Shown: positions 16,942 to 26,854 of the stretch, piece after piece
Layout of the letters: every line of letters begins with the position of its first letter
How positions within the stretch are numbered: the first letter of the stretch is position 1
Assembly (NCBI GenBank): GCA_036653035.1
Contig: JAVVUU010000001.1
Coordinates: 3,524-67,523 of the forward strand
Length of the DNA stretch: 64,000 nt
Source of the DNA: Oscillospiraceae bacterium
Lineage (GTDB): Bacteria; Bacillota; Clostridia; Oscillospirales; Oscillospiraceae
Direction: 5' to 3'
Made by a program: the position numbers and the translations under genes
The notes under the pieces: model-generated
The model's database searches: none
What the model saw: the letters and a program-made list of their open reading frames with translations, nothing else
Told to the model about the DNA's origin: nothing

Positions 16942-18246
16942 ATGGCTGACAAAATGAAACGTGCAAAAATGTTTTCAATGCAGCCGGACATTGAAGACCT
17001 CCTCGACTACACCTCCGGACTTACAGATGATGACTTCACTGCCGCAACAGAAGCAGAAAAGGAAGGCTTCAATCCCGACAGAAAGAGCACCTCATATTGG
17101 AAGGACGCATTTCGTCGTCTCAAACAGAACAAGGTTGCAATAGTTGCTTTCGGCGTAATTATTTTTCTGATATTGTTTGCGTTCGTAGGGCCGTTTCTCG
17201 TTCCCTATGGCTACGACGAATTTATCGCCGGCTCAGAAAATCTATATCCATGGCACTACACGCTGGAGGATCAAGCACAGCTCCACGCTGCCACGGGCAA
17301 TCCGGAGGAGCGCTTGGCGCTTGCGCTTGAAGCCGCCGAAAAAGAAAAGGGCGCAGAGCTTGATTCCATTGAAATTGCAAAAATCAGAGCGGTGTCCAAA
17401 AAGCCTGTAGATACCAAAACTTTAAAAAAAGAACTGGGTATTCATCTTAAACCTTTTGGCTATTCAAACGCCGAGCTTCAAAGCAAAGCCGATGGCGAAA
17501 GCGTTTTTCCCCATGTTTTCGGAACAGACCGTAACGGGCGCGACATTATGGTTCGCATAATGGTCGGAACGCGAGTTTCAATGCTCATTGGTGTCTGCGC
17601 TGCATTGCTTGTTCTCTTAATCGGCGCAACCTATGGCTCGATTTCCGGCTTCTTTGGCGGCAAGGTTGATGCCGTAATGATGCGAATTGTTGAACTAATC
17701 TATTCCATCCCGGAAATTCTGGTAGTCCTTTTGCTCTCAACCGCACTCAAACCGGCACTGGTTGCCTTCCAAGACAGCGGCGAAGGCTTTTTCCAAGACC
17801 TTGTCGGAATTATGGGGCCAAACCTCATTTCGCTCTTTGTCGCGTTTGGTCTGCTATATTGGGTAACCATGGCTCGAATTATTCGCGGACAAATTCTTCA
17901 ACTAAAAGAACAGGAATTTGTAACTGCCGCAAAGGCACTGGGTGCCGGCTCCGGGCGTATCATAAAACGCCATCTTCTTCCAAACTGTATTGGTCAAATC
18001 GTTGTTACCACCTGCCTGCAAATCCCCTCGGCAATATTCCTTGAGTCTTTTCTGTCATTCCTTGGAGTCGGTGTTTCCGCTCCTATGACAAGCCTTGGCT
18101 CAATGGCGGCGGACGGTCTAAAGGGTGTTGAAACCTTTGGCTACCGCTTGGTAATTCCGGCTTTGATTTTAAGTGTTATGATTTTGGCTTTCAACCTATT
18201 CGGTGACGGTCTGCGCGATGCGCTTGACCCGAGACTAAAAAAATAG
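16942..18246 (+). CDS. oppC: oligopeptide ABC transporter permease with long N-terminal/periplasmic insertion (434 aa)
   Basis: FGTDRNGRD motif, EFVTAAKALGAGSGRIIKRHLLPN EAA loop, and a C-terminal FGDGLRDALDPRLK. Start lies 2 nt after the oppB stop. Confidence 0.9.
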   Translation: MADKMKRAKMFSMQPDIEDLLDYTSGLTDDDFTAATEAEKEGFNPDRKSTSYWKDAFRRLKQNKVAIVAFGVIIFLILFAFVGPFLVPYGYDEFIAGSENLYPWHYTLEDQAQLHAATGNPEERLALALEAAEKEKGAELDSIEIAKIRAVSKKPVDTKTLKKELGIHLKPFGYSNAELQSKADGESVFPHVFGTDRNGRDIMVRIMVGTRVSMLIGVCAALLVLLIGATYGSISGFFGGKVDAVMMRIVELIYSIPEILVVLLLSTALKPALVAFQDSGEGFFQDLVGIMGPNLISLFVAFGLLYWVTMARIIRGQILQLKEQEFVTAAKALGAGSGRIIKRHLLPNCIGQIVVTTCLQIPSAIFLESFLSFLGVGVSAPMTSLGSMAADGLKGVETFGYRLVIPALILSVMILAFNLFGDGLRDALDPRLKK

Positions 18247-18264
18247 AAAGGGGGAGACCTAGCT

Positions 18265-19287
18265 TTGGATAACAAACAGGATAAAAAATTATTGGAAGTT
18301 AAAGACCTCCACGTCTCCTTCTTTACCCCTGCGGGCGAAGTTAAGGCAGTTGGCGGTATTACCTACGACCTAAACTACGGTGAGGTCATGGGCATAGTCG
18401 GTGAATCCGGTTCCGGAAAAAGTGTTGAGGCATTTTCTATCATGGGTCTGCTTCAATCACCGGGCAAGGTAATCGGCGGTTCAGTCACCTTTGAGGGTGA
18501 AGACGTTCTCGCAATGAATGAGGATCAAATGACAGCTTTTCGCGGCAACAAGGTTGCGATGATTTTTCAAAACCCCATGACCTCATTAAACCCGGTCTAC
18601 ACTGTCGGCAACCAGCTTGTTGAAGCGCTCCGCGCCCACGACAAGAAAATTTCTGCTGCCGATGCTAAGAAAAAAGCCATGGATATGCTGGAGCTTGTCG
18701 GCATCAACAATGTCGAAAAGCGAATGAAGCAATATCCGCATGAATTTTCCGGCGGAATGCGTCAGCGTGTTATGATAGCAATGGGGCTTATCTGCTCACC
18801 AAAGCTCCTAATCGCCGACGAACCCACCACCGCACTTGACGTAACAATTCAAGCCCAAATCTTGGAGATTATGAAGGATCTTCAGCACAAAACCCACATG
18901 GGCATCATCTTCATAACCCATAACCTCGGCGTGGTTGCCGAAATATGCGACAAGGTTTCCGTTATGTATGCCGGCCGCATTGTTGAGCAGGGACTTGTTG
19001 ACGATATCTTCTACAAGCCCGCGCACCCCTACACAATAGGACTTTTGCGCTCCATGCCCCGTGTTGACGCTCAGGAATACGAACGTCTAATCCCAATTGA
19101 CGGCGTACCGGTCGATATGCTAAACCCTCCGGAGGGCTGTCCCTTTGCCCCGCGCTGCAATAATTGTATGCAAATTTGTCTAAAGAAAATGCCGCCCTAT
19201 GTTGATGTCGGCAACGGTCACCGCTCTGCCTGCTGGCTTCGTGTGCAGGACGAGATGGGCAAAAAGGAGGAGCAAAGCAATGGATGA
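18265..19287 (+). CDS. oppD: oligopeptide ABC transporter ATP-binding protein
   Basis: Walker A GESGSGKS, signature FSGGMRQR, Walker B LLIADEPTTALD, and a C-terminal Cys motif GCPFAPRC. TTG start after GGGGGAG. Confidence 0.92.
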   Translation: MDNKQDKKLLEVKDLHVSFFTPAGEVKAVGGITYDLNYGEVMGIVGESGSGKSVEAFSIMGLLQSPGKVIGGSVTFEGEDVLAMNEDQMTAFRGNKVAMIFQNPMTSLNPVYTVGNQLVEALRAHDKKISAADAKKKAMDMLELVGINNVEKRMKQYPHEFSGGMRQRVMIAMGLICSPKLLIADEPTTALDVTIQAQILEIMKDLQHKTHMGIIFITHNLGVVAEICDKVSVMYAGRIVEQGLVDDIFYKPAHPYTIGLLRSMPRVDAQEYERLIPIDGVPVDMLNPPEGCPFAPRCNNCMQICLKKMPPYVDVGNGHRSACWLRVQDEMGKKEEQSNG

Positions 19288-20332
19288 CAAGGTGCTTCTT
19301 CAAGTAGAAAATCTTCGCAAGTATTTCCATGTAAACGGCGTTAAAGGCCCCGGCGTTCAAGCCGTTGAAAATGTTTCGCTTTTTATAAAAAAAGGTGAAA
19401 CGCTCGGCTTGGTCGGTGAATCCGGCTGCGGTAAAACTACCCTTGGCAGAACAATTCTGCGCCTGCATGAGCCAACCTCGGGAAAAATAATCTACGACGG
19501 CAAAACCATCTTTGACGGCGGCGGAGAGCCTATTCCCGTCCTTGACAAGAGCGGCAATCCCGTTTTGGACAAAAACAAAAAAGTGCTAACCACGCTTTCC
19601 AAAAAAATTGCGGTTGATATGCTCCCATACCGCCGCAAAATGCAAATTATATTCCAAGACCCCTCCGCATCTCTCGACCCTCGTATGACCGTCGGTGAGA
19701 TAATCGGTGAAGCAATTGACATCCACAAGCTTGCCAAAAACAAGGCAGAGCGCAGTGAAATGATAAAGGCACTCCTCAATGAGGTTGGCCTAAACACCGA
19801 GCACGCAAACCGCTTTCCGCACGAATTTTCCGGCGGTCAGCAGCAGCGCGTCGGCATTGCCCGTGCGCTTGCCGTAAAGCCCGAATTTATCGTGTGCGAT
19901 GAGCCTATTTCGGCATTGGATGTTTCCATCCAGTCCCAAATTGTCAATATGCTTGAGGATTTCCAAAGCGAGCTTGGACTGACATATCTTTTCATAGCCC
20001 ACGATTTATCCGTTGTTCGCCACATCTCAAGCCGCATCGGTGTTATGTATCTTGGCAACCTTGTCGAGCTTGGCGAGAGCTATGAGCTAAACCGCAACCC
20101 CCTGCACCCCTACACAAAAACGCTTTTGTCCGCCGTTCCCGTTCCCGACCCCGCGGCCGGCCGCACAAAACAGCGCATTGTGCTTGAGGGCGACATTCCA
20201 AGCCCCATGAATCCGCCCACGGGCTGCCGCTTCCACACCCGCTGCCCCTATGCGAAGGAAGAATGCAAGCAAACCGTTCCCGAATTAAAAGAATACAGCA
20301 CCGGCCACTGGGCCGCTTGCCACTTCATTTAA
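19280..20332 (+). CDS. oppF: oligopeptide ABC transporter ATP-binding protein
   Basis: Start taken at ATG 19280 (MDDKVLLQVENL), which overlaps the oppD stop by 8 nt; the tracked 19199 start is an upstream extension. GESGCGKTT, FSGGQQQR, FIVCDEPISALD, GCRFHTRCP. Confidence 0.92.
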   Translation: MDDKVLLQVENLRKYFHVNGVKGPGVQAVENVSLFIKKGETLGLVGESGCGKTTLGRTILRLHEPTSGKIIYDGKTIFDGGGEPIPVLDKSGNPVLDKNKKVLTTLSKKIAVDMLPYRRKMQIIFQDPSASLDPRMTVGEIIGEAIDIHKLAKNKAERSEMIKALLNEVGLNTEHANRFPHEFSGGQQQRVGIARALAVKPEFIVCDEPISALDVSIQSQIVNMLEDFQSELGLTYLFIAHDLSVVRHISSRIGVMYLGNLVELGESYELNRNPLHPYTKTLLSAVPVPDPAAGRTKQRIVLEGDIPSPMNPPTGCRFHTRCPYAKEECKQTVPELKEYSTGHWAACHFI

Positions 20333-20339
20333 GCTTTTT

Positions 20340-20379
20340 CAGCCTGTCAAAGGAGCTATGCCCTTTGGCAGGCTGTTTT
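20340..20379 (+). terminator. intrinsic terminator after oppF
   Basis: cagcctgtcaaagg / cctttggcaggctg stem (one G:T) followed by tttt. Confidence 0.8.
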
Positions 20380-20497
20380 AACAACTTTTTGCCTTTTAAT
20401 AAAATTTATTTTTTAAGCCATACTACTAAAATATTAGCACCTTAATGGCTTTTAAATTGTCAAAATATGAAAAAGAAAAATGTTTACGTCAATTGAG

Positions 20498-20526
20498 TTG
20501 ACATGACGGCGGCTGTATGTTAGAAT
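20498..20526 (+). promoter_or_regulatory. predicted sigma-70-type promoter of the pyr operon
   Basis: TTGACA, 17-nt spacer, TAGAAT (near-consensus), about 55 nt upstream of pyrC. Confidence 0.65.
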
Positions 20527-20579
20527 ACAACGATTTGTAGATGGAAGTTTGGCAGATGTTTAATGGGAGGGCAGTGAAG

Positions 20580-21845
20580 GTGAATTACTTAATCCGCAAC
20601 GCAAGTGTATTTTTTGATAGTGGCTTTACTATTTCCGATATTTTTGTTAAAGACGGCATCATTACCGATATTAAGCCGTTTTTATCTCCAATTTCAGACG
20701 CTGTTATTATTGAATTGAATAATTGTTTCATTTTTCCGGGTCTCATTGATGTTCATGTACATCTTAGGGAACCGGGATTTTTTTGTAAAGAAACAATTTC
20801 AAGCGGCACTCTTGCCGCGGCGCACGGCGGTTTTACAACGGTTTGCGCCATGCCAAACCTTTCGCCCACGCCCGACAGTGCAGAGCACCTAAAGGCGGAA
20901 ACCGACATAATTGAGCGCGATGCCCATGTTCATGTCCGACCATACGGCAGTATTACCAAGGGTCAAAAGCAGTGCGAGCTTTCGGATATGGACGAGCTTG
21001 CGGAAGCTGTTGTTGCTTTCACGGATGACGGCGTAGGGGTTCGGAACGGGCAAATGATGGAAGCGGCAATGCGAAAAGCAAAAAGCCTTGGGAAAATTAT
21101 AGTTGCCCATTGCGAGGACGAAACACTTCTAAACGGCAGCTATGTCCATGACGGTGACTATGCAAGAGCGCACGGCCATACCGGAAACCCCTCCGAAAGC
21201 GAGTGGCGGCAGGTTGAAAGGGATATTGCTCTGGTTCGAAAAACCGGCTGCGACTACCACGTTTGCCATGTGTCCACCAAGGAGAGCGTTGCGCTTGTCC
21301 GCGCGGCAAAGGCCGAGGGGCTGCCAATTAGCTGCGAAACCGCTCCGCACTACCTCTGCTTGCAGGACACCGACCTGAAAGACGAGGGGCGTTTCCGCAT
21401 GAACCCGCCAATCCGAGGTGCGGAGGACAGAAAAGCACTGATTGAGGGCATTTGCGATGGCACAATTGAAATCATTGCAACCGACCATGCCCCGCACACC
21501 AAGGAGGAAAAGTCCGGTGGCCTGCGAAACAGCTTAAACGGTGTTGTAGGGCTTGAAACCGCTTTCCCAATGCTTTACACTAAGCTTGTTAAAACAAATA
21601 TCATCACTATGGAGCAGCTTATTCGGCTTATGCAGGTAAATCCCGCGCGGCGCTTTGGGATTGGCAGCAGCCTTAAAATAGGTCAGCCGGCAGATTTAAC
21701 TGCCTTTGATTTGAACACGGAATATACGATTGAGTCCAATGAATTTTTGTCAATGGGACGCGCCACCCCCTTTGAGGGCGAGCGAGTTTTTGGAAAATGT
21801 AAGCTTACAATGGTAGGAGGAGAAATAATATGGACAGAAAAATAG
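20580..21845 (+). CDS. pyrC: dihydroorotase
   Basis: GLIDVHVHLREPG (HxH), VAHCED, HVCHVST and ATDHAPH. Start is ambiguous: GTG 20580 lies 9 nt after GGGAGG and gives MNYLIRNASVF, while the tracked ATG 20541 has no RBS. Confidence 0.93.
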   Translation: MNYLIRNASVFFDSGFTISDIFVKDGIITDIKPFLSPISDAVIIELNNCFIFPGLIDVHVHLREPGFFCKETISSGTLAAAHGGFTTVCAMPNLSPTPDSAEHLKAETDIIERDAHVHVRPYGSITKGQKQCELSDMDELAEAVVAFTDDGVGVRNGQMMEAAMRKAKSLGKIIVAHCEDETLLNGSYVHDGDYARAHGHTGNPSESEWRQVERDIALVRKTGCDYHVCHVSTKESVALVRAAKAEGLPISCETAPHYLCLQDTDLKDEGRFRMNPPIRGAEDRKALIEGICDGTIEIIATDHAPHTKEEKSGGLRNSLNGVVGLETAFPMLYTKLVKTNIITMEQLIRLMQVNPARRFGIGSSLKIGQPADLTAFDLNTEYTIESNEFLSMGRATPFEGERVFGKCKLTMVGGEIIWTEK

Positions 21846-22915
21846 TGCTGGAGGACGGCACAGAATATTACGGCGACGGCTTCGGCTACAAATGCGACAG
21901 GGTCTGCGAGCTTGTGTTCAACACCTCAATGGTGGGTTATCAGGAGATAGTTTCCGACCCATCCTATACATACCAAATGGTGGTGATGAGCTATCCGCTA
22001 ATCGGAAACTATGGCATAGCGGATGATGATTTTGAATCCAAAATCCCCACAATAGGCGGACTTATAGTTCGTGAATACAACGACTCTCCCTCAAATTTTC
22101 GCTACACAAAAACACTTTCGGAAATCATGGAGGAAAACCGCATCCCCGGAATTTCCGGTCTTGATACTCGAAAATTGACCCGCGCCATCCGCAGCGGCGG
22201 CGTTTGCAAGGTGCTTATGACTAACGCGGACACTCCAAAGGCCGAGGCGCTTGAAATTCTTGCGGGTGCAAACATTCCCAATAATGCAGTGGAAAAGGTA
22301 AGCTGCCGCAAGCGTTGGTATTCGCGAACCTCAAACCACAGCTTCAATCTTGCCTGCATCGACTGCGGAATTCGCCAAAGCATTATAAAATACCTCAACC
22401 AGCGCGGCTGCAACCTTACAATTCTTCCATATAATGTCACAGCGGAGGAAATTGAAGCACTTAACCCCGATGGCATTTACATATCCGGCGGCCCGGGAAA
22501 TCCCGAAGCAGTTTTGGCAATTGCCGAGGTTATAAATAAGCTCCGCACAAAATATCCGATTTGCGGCGATGGTCTTGGTTTCCAGCTAATCTGCCTTGCC
22601 TACGGCGCAAAAACACGCAAGCTCAAATGCGGACATTACGGCTCAAACCATCCTGTGCGCAGCTTGCTTACGGGAAAGCTTGACACAAAGGGTCAAAGTC
22701 AGGGTTATGAGGTTGAGAAAGCTTCGCTTTCCGAAACACGGCTCACGCTCACACATATGGATACGATTGACGACACCGTTCAGGGCGTTGAGTGTACGGA
22801 GGACAAGGTTTTCGGAGTACAATTTTATCCGCTTGGCACCTCTGACCCCGACAAGGGCGGCTCACTGTTTGACAGATTTTTTGCAAGTATAAGCGAGGTG
22901 AAGGACAATGCCTAA
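21830..22915 (+). CDS. carA: carbamoyl-phosphate synthase small subunit homologue with degenerate glutaminase active site
   Basis: The N-terminal half is typical of CarA ([36 protein letters not shown]), and GGPGNPE is retained. The catalytic motifs read GDGLGFQ, SQSQGY and VQFYPL instead of GICLGHQ, SQNHG and VQ(Y/G)HPE. The gene overlaps pyrC by 16 nt and carB by 8 nt. Confidence 0.9.
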   Translation: MDRKIVLEDGTEYYGDGFGYKCDRVCELVFNTSMVGYQEIVSDPSYTYQMVVMSYPLIGNYGIADDDFESKIPTIGGLIVREYNDSPSNFRYTKTLSEIMEENRIPGISGLDTRKLTRAIRSGGVCKVLMTNADTPKAEALEILAGANIPNNAVEKVSCRKRWYSRTSNHSFNLACIDCGIRQSIIKYLNQRGCNLTILPYNVTAEEIEALNPDGIYISGGPGNPEAVLAIAEVINKLRTKYPICGDGLGFQLICLAYGAKTRKLKCGHYGSNHPVRSLLTGKLDTKGQSQGYEVEKASLSETRLTLTHMDTIDDTVQGVECTEDKVFGVQFYPLGTSDPDKGGSLFDRFFASISEVKDNA

Positions 22916-25900
22916 AAGAACAGATATTAAAAAAATACTCGTCATCGGCTCCGGCCCCATCGTTATAGGACAGGCGGCGGAATTTGACTACGCGGGCACA
23001 CAGGCCTGCATTGCATTAAAAGAGGAGGGCTACGAGGTAGTACTTGTAAACTCCAACCCCGCAACAATTATGACGGACGTAACCATGGCGGACAAGGTTT
23101 ACATGGAGCCTCTGACCCTCGAATATGTGGCAAAAATCTGCCGATTTGAGCGCCCGGACGCTATTGTTCCCGGAATAGGCGGGCAAACAGGTCTAAACCT
23201 TGCGATGCAGCTTGAGAAAAAGGGCATTTTGAACGAATGCCGCGTTGAACTTTTGGGAACCTCCGGCAAAAGCATTGAGCAGGCGGAGGACAGGGAGCTC
23301 TTCAAGCAGCTCTGCGAAAATCTTGGCGAGCCGGTTTTGCCCTCCGCAATCGCGCACAGCATTGAGGACGCAATCGCGGCGGCAAATGAAATCGGCTACC
23401 CCATTGTTCTGCGCCCCGCTTTCACCCTTGGCGGCACAGGCGGCGGCTTTGCGGATGATGAAACAGAGCTTTGCGAGATTATGAAAAACGCACTTTCCCT
23501 CTCGCCCGTGCATCAGGTGCTTGTTGAAAAGAGCATTAAGGGCTACAAGGAAATTGAATATGAAGTAATCCGTGACGGCAACGACACCGCAATAACGGTT
23601 TGCAACATGGAAAACATTGACCCCGTTGGCATACATACGGGTGACTCAATAGTTGTTGCGCCCTGCCAAACTCTGACGAGTAAGGAAAACCAAATTTTGC
23701 GCAACAGCGCACTTAAAATTATACGCGCGCTCGAAATTGAGGGCGGCTGCAATGTGCAGTTTGCACTCGACCCTCAATCGCTTTCTTACTTCCTAATCGA
23801 AGTAAATCCGCGCGTTTCACGCTCCTCCGCATTGGCTTCAAAGGCGAGCGGCTACCCAATCGCCCGCGTTTCCGCAAAAATTGCGGTTGGCATGACGCTT
23901 GACGAAATTTTCACGGCGGGCACACCCGCAAGCTATGAGCCTTCACTGGACTATGTGGTTACAAAAATGCCGCGCTTCCCCTTTGACAAATTTGCAAGCG
24001 CCTCAAACAAGCTTGGTACACAGATGAAGGCAACAGGCGAGGTTATGAGCATTGGCAGAACGCTTGAGGAAAGCCTGCTAAAGGCAATACGCTCCCTCGA
24101 AATCGGCGTTTGCCACCTCTATATGAAAAAGTTCGATACCTATTCAAAGGCAGAGCTTTTAAGCTACATAAAGGACGGCACGGACGACAGACTGTTTGCC
24201 ATAGCACAGCTTATGCGGCTCTCCGTTGACCTCGGCGTAATCTGCACAGTAACGCAGATTGATATGCTCTTTATTGAAAAAATGCGCAACATAGTTGAAT
24301 TTGAAACCGTCCTAAAGGACAATAGGGGAGAGGTTTCCGTTCTTCGCAAGGCAAAACGCATGGGCTTTGCCGATGAATACATAGCAAAGCTTTGGGAAAT
24401 GCCTGTGGACAAGGTCTATGACACGCGCAAAGCAAACGGACTTTTCCCCGTTTACAAAATGATTGACACCTGCGGCGGCGAGCTTGACAGGCTTGTGCCC
24501 TGCTACTATTCCACCTATGAGGACGAAAACGAATCAATAATCAGCGACAAAAAGAAGATAATAGTTTTGGGCAGCGGCCCCATCCGCATAGGTCAGGGCG
24601 TTGAATTTGACTATTCCACCGTCCACGCCGTTACAACCATCAAGCGCCGCGGCTATGAAGCCATCATAATCAACAACAACCCCGAAACTGTTTCAACAGA
24701 CTACACAACAAGTGACAAGCTCTATTTTGAACCGCTGACAGTTGAGGACGTTATGAATGTCGTCCACCTTGAAAATCCGCTTGGCGTAATTGCCTCCCTT
24801 GGCGGACAAACGGCGATAAATCTTGCCGCTCCTCTCATGCGCTGCGGGGTTCGCATTATCGGCACGGATGTTGCCGCCATTGAACGCGCCGAAAATCGTG
24901 ACAGCTTTGAAAAAATTATGGAACAGCTCAAAATTCCACAGCCTAACGGCACAGCAGTTACAAATATTACGGACGGTCTTGCGGCTGCAAAGCGCATTGG
25001 CTACCCCGTTCTTGTGCGTCCGAGCTATGTTTTGGGCGGCAGGGCAATGCAAATTGTAAACAGTGACGACACCTTAAAAACTTACCTCCAAACAGCAGTT
25101 GAAATCGACGAGGATCAGCCGGTTTTGGTGGACAAATACATACCCGGCAAAGAGGTTGAGGTCGATGCCGTGTGCGATGGCGAAAACGTCTTTGTGCCCG
25201 GAATTATGGAGCACGTTGAACGCACCGGAATTCACTCCGGCGACAGCATCAGCGTTTACCCGAGCTTCTCAATTTCACAAAAGGTTAAGGACACAATTAT
25301 TGACTACACCCGCCGTTTGGGGCTTGGAATAGGCATAATAGGGCTTTACAATATTCAGTTCATTGTGGACAAAAATGAGGATGTTTATGTAATTGAGGTT
25401 AACCCGCGCTCATCCCGCACGGTTCCGTTTTTGAGCAAGGCAACAGGCTATTCGCTTGCCGACATTGCAACTCTTGTAATTCTCGGTGAAAGCCTGCGCG
25501 AACAGGGCTTTAATGAAATTTATCCGCCCGAAAAGAAAAAATGGTACGTTAAGGTGCCCGCGTTTTCTTTCTCAAAGCTTCGTGGAATGGACGTTTACCT
25601 CTCGCCGGAAATGAAGTCCACGGGCGAGGCCATTGGCTATGACGAGCGCCTAACACGCGCACTTTACAAGGCCTTGCAGTCCTCCGGCATGAAGGTTTAC
25701 AATTACGGCACAATTTTTGTCAGCATTGCGGACAAGGACAAGGCCGAAGCGCTCCCCCTAATCCACAGATTTTACAATCTCGGCTTCAACATTGAAGCGA
25801 CAAGCGGCACTGCCGCCTACCTAAAGGAGCACGGCATACGCACCCGAGTACGCGCCAAAATCAGCGAGGGCAGCGACGAAATTTTAACCTCTCTGCGCCG

Positions 25901-26087
25901 CGGCTATGTAAGCTACGTTATCAGCACCCGCGACATAAATTCCTTTGACGAAATGAGTGACGGCAACCAAATTCGCCGCTGTGCCGTTGAAAACAACGTG
26001 AATATGTTCACCTCTCTTGACACCGTCAAGGTTCTTCTCGATGTTTTGGAGGAAACAACCCTCTGCATTTCAACCATAGACAGCTAA
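22908..26087 (+). CDS. carB: carbamoyl-phosphate synthase large subunit
   Basis: 1059 aa with two ATP-grasp halves, each opening with GSGPI(V/R)IGQ..EFDY, plus an MGS-like C-terminal domain. Confidence 0.97.
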   Translation: MPKRTDIKKILVIGSGPIVIGQAAEFDYAGTQACIALKEEGYEVVLVNSNPATIMTDVTMADKVYMEPLTLEYVAKICRFERPDAIVPGIGGQTGLNLAMQLEKKGILNECRVELLGTSGKSIEQAEDRELFKQLCENLGEPVLPSAIAHSIEDAIAAANEIGYPIVLRPAFTLGGTGGGFADDETELCEIMKNALSLSPVHQVLVEKSIKGYKEIEYEVIRDGNDTAITVCNMENIDPVGIHTGDSIVVAPCQTLTSKENQILRNSALKIIRALEIEGGCNVQFALDPQSLSYFLIEVNPRVSRSSALASKASGYPIARVSAKIAVGMTLDEIFTAGTPASYEPSLDYVVTKMPRFPFDKFASASNKLGTQMKATGEVMSIGRTLEESLLKAIRSLEIGVCHLYMKKFDTYSKAELLSYIKDGTDDRLFAIAQLMRLSVDLGVICTVTQIDMLFIEKMRNIVEFETVLKDNRGEVSVLRKAKRMGFADEYIAKLWEMPVDKVYDTRKANGLFPVYKMIDTCGGELDRLVPCYYSTYEDENESIISDKKKIIVLGSGPIRIGQGVEFDYSTVHAVTTIKRRGYEAIIINNNPETVSTDYTTSDKLYFEPLTVEDVMNVVHLENPLGVIASLGGQTAINLAAPLMRCGVRIIGTDVAAIERAENRDSFEKIMEQLKIPQPNGTAVTNITDGLAAAKRIGYPVLVRPSYVLGGRAMQIVNSDDTLKTYLQTAVEIDEDQPVLVDKYIPGKEVEVDAVCDGENVFVPGIMEHVERTGIHSGDSISVYPSFSISQKVKDTIIDYTRRLGLGIGIIGLYNIQFIVDKNEDVYVIEVNPRSSRTVPFLSKATGYSLADIATLVILGESLREQGFNEIYPPEKKKWYVKVPAFSFSKLRGMDVYLSPEMKSTGEAIGYDERLTRALYKALQSSGMKVYNYGTIFVSIADKDKAEALPLIHRFYNLGFNIEATSGTAAYLKEHGIRTRVRAKISEGSDEILTSLRRGYVSYVISTRDINSFDEMSDGNQIRRCAVENNVNMFTSLDTVKVLLDVLEETTLCISTIDS

Positions 26088-26119
26088 GGAACAGTAGCAC
26101 TTACCATAACGGAGGTAAT

Positions 26120-26854
26120 ATGAAAAAAGATACTTTCACAATTGAAAGCAATATTGCGCTCACAAAGGATGTTTTTAAAATGACTCTGCGCGGAGATACA
26201 AGTGAAATTTCCGCACCGGGACAGTTTGTAAATCTGGAGCTTGAAGGGCTTTATCTTCGCCGCCCCATATCCGTATGCGACCTTGAAAACGACCTTTTAA
26301 CACTGATTTACAAGGTTGTCGGCAAGGGAACGGCACAAATGAGCCGCCTTTGCCCCAACGCAGCGCTTGACCTCCTCACAGGCTTGGGCAACGGCTACGA
26401 CACCGCAAAAAGCGGGAGCACTCCCGTGCTCGTCGGCGGGGGAGTCGGCGTTCCGCCGCTCTATCTGCTCTGCAAGCGGTTGCTTGCGGAGGGAGCGCAC
26501 CCAATCGCGGTTCTCGGCTTTAACACGGCCTCCGAGGTTTTTTTTGAAAACGAATTTCGCGCACTTAATGTTCCCGTACACATTTCCACAGCGGATGGAA
26601 CGGCGGGAGTTCGCGGCTTTGTAACCGATGCAATGCGCAAGCTTGACAGCTTCGACTACATTTTTTCCTGCGGCCCCGAGCCTATGCTAAAGGCAGTTTA
26701 CGGTGCTTTTGAAACGGACGGTCAGTTCAGCTTTGAGGAGCGGATGGGTTGCGGCTTTGGTGCCTGCATGGGCTGCTCCTGCAAGACAAAATATGGCAAC
26801 AAACGCATTTGCAAGGATGGCCCTGTGCTGGAAAGGGGCGAAATAATATGGTAA
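26120..26854 (+). CDS. pyrK: dihydroorotate dehydrogenase B electron-transfer (FAD/2Fe-2S) subunit
   Basis: RRPISV FAD motif and the C-terminal cluster motif CGFGACMGCSC...ICKDGPV. Confidence 0.93.
   Translation: MKKDTFTIESNIALTKDVFKMTLRGDTSEISAPGQFVNLELEGLYLRRPISVCDLENDLLTLIYKVVGKGTAQMSRLCPNAALDLLTGLGNGYDTAKSGSTPVLVGGGVGVPPLYLLCKRLLAEGAHPIAVLGFNTASEVFFENEFRALNVPVHISTADGTAGVRGFVTDAMRKLDSFDYIFSCGPEPMLKAVYGAFETDGQFSFEERMGCGFGACMGCSCKTKYGNKRICKDGPVLERGEIIW

Noticed and set aside
19199-19279. Upstream extension of a tracked ORF (oppF). The same issue applies to pyrD at 26749, GH13 at 32493, infC at 33318, the DUF1461 gene at 35130, the secreted protein at 37285, uppP at 48508, rqcH at 52591, ackA at 60655 and tmcAL at 60774
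   Set aside because: In each case an internal start has a properly spaced GGAGG-type RBS and/or a stop-start overlap with the upstream gene. The homologous protein sequence begins at that internal start.
18962-19468. 168-aa minus-strand ORF
   Set aside because: It is antisense to the oppD/oppF junction, and its Arg/Gln/Ala-rich sequence looks like an artefact.
23193-23636. 147-aa minus-strand ORF inside carB, and similar 80-120-aa antisense ORFs in carB, oppA and pyrC
   Set aside because: These are shadow ORFs of long, codon-biased genes and have no independent support.
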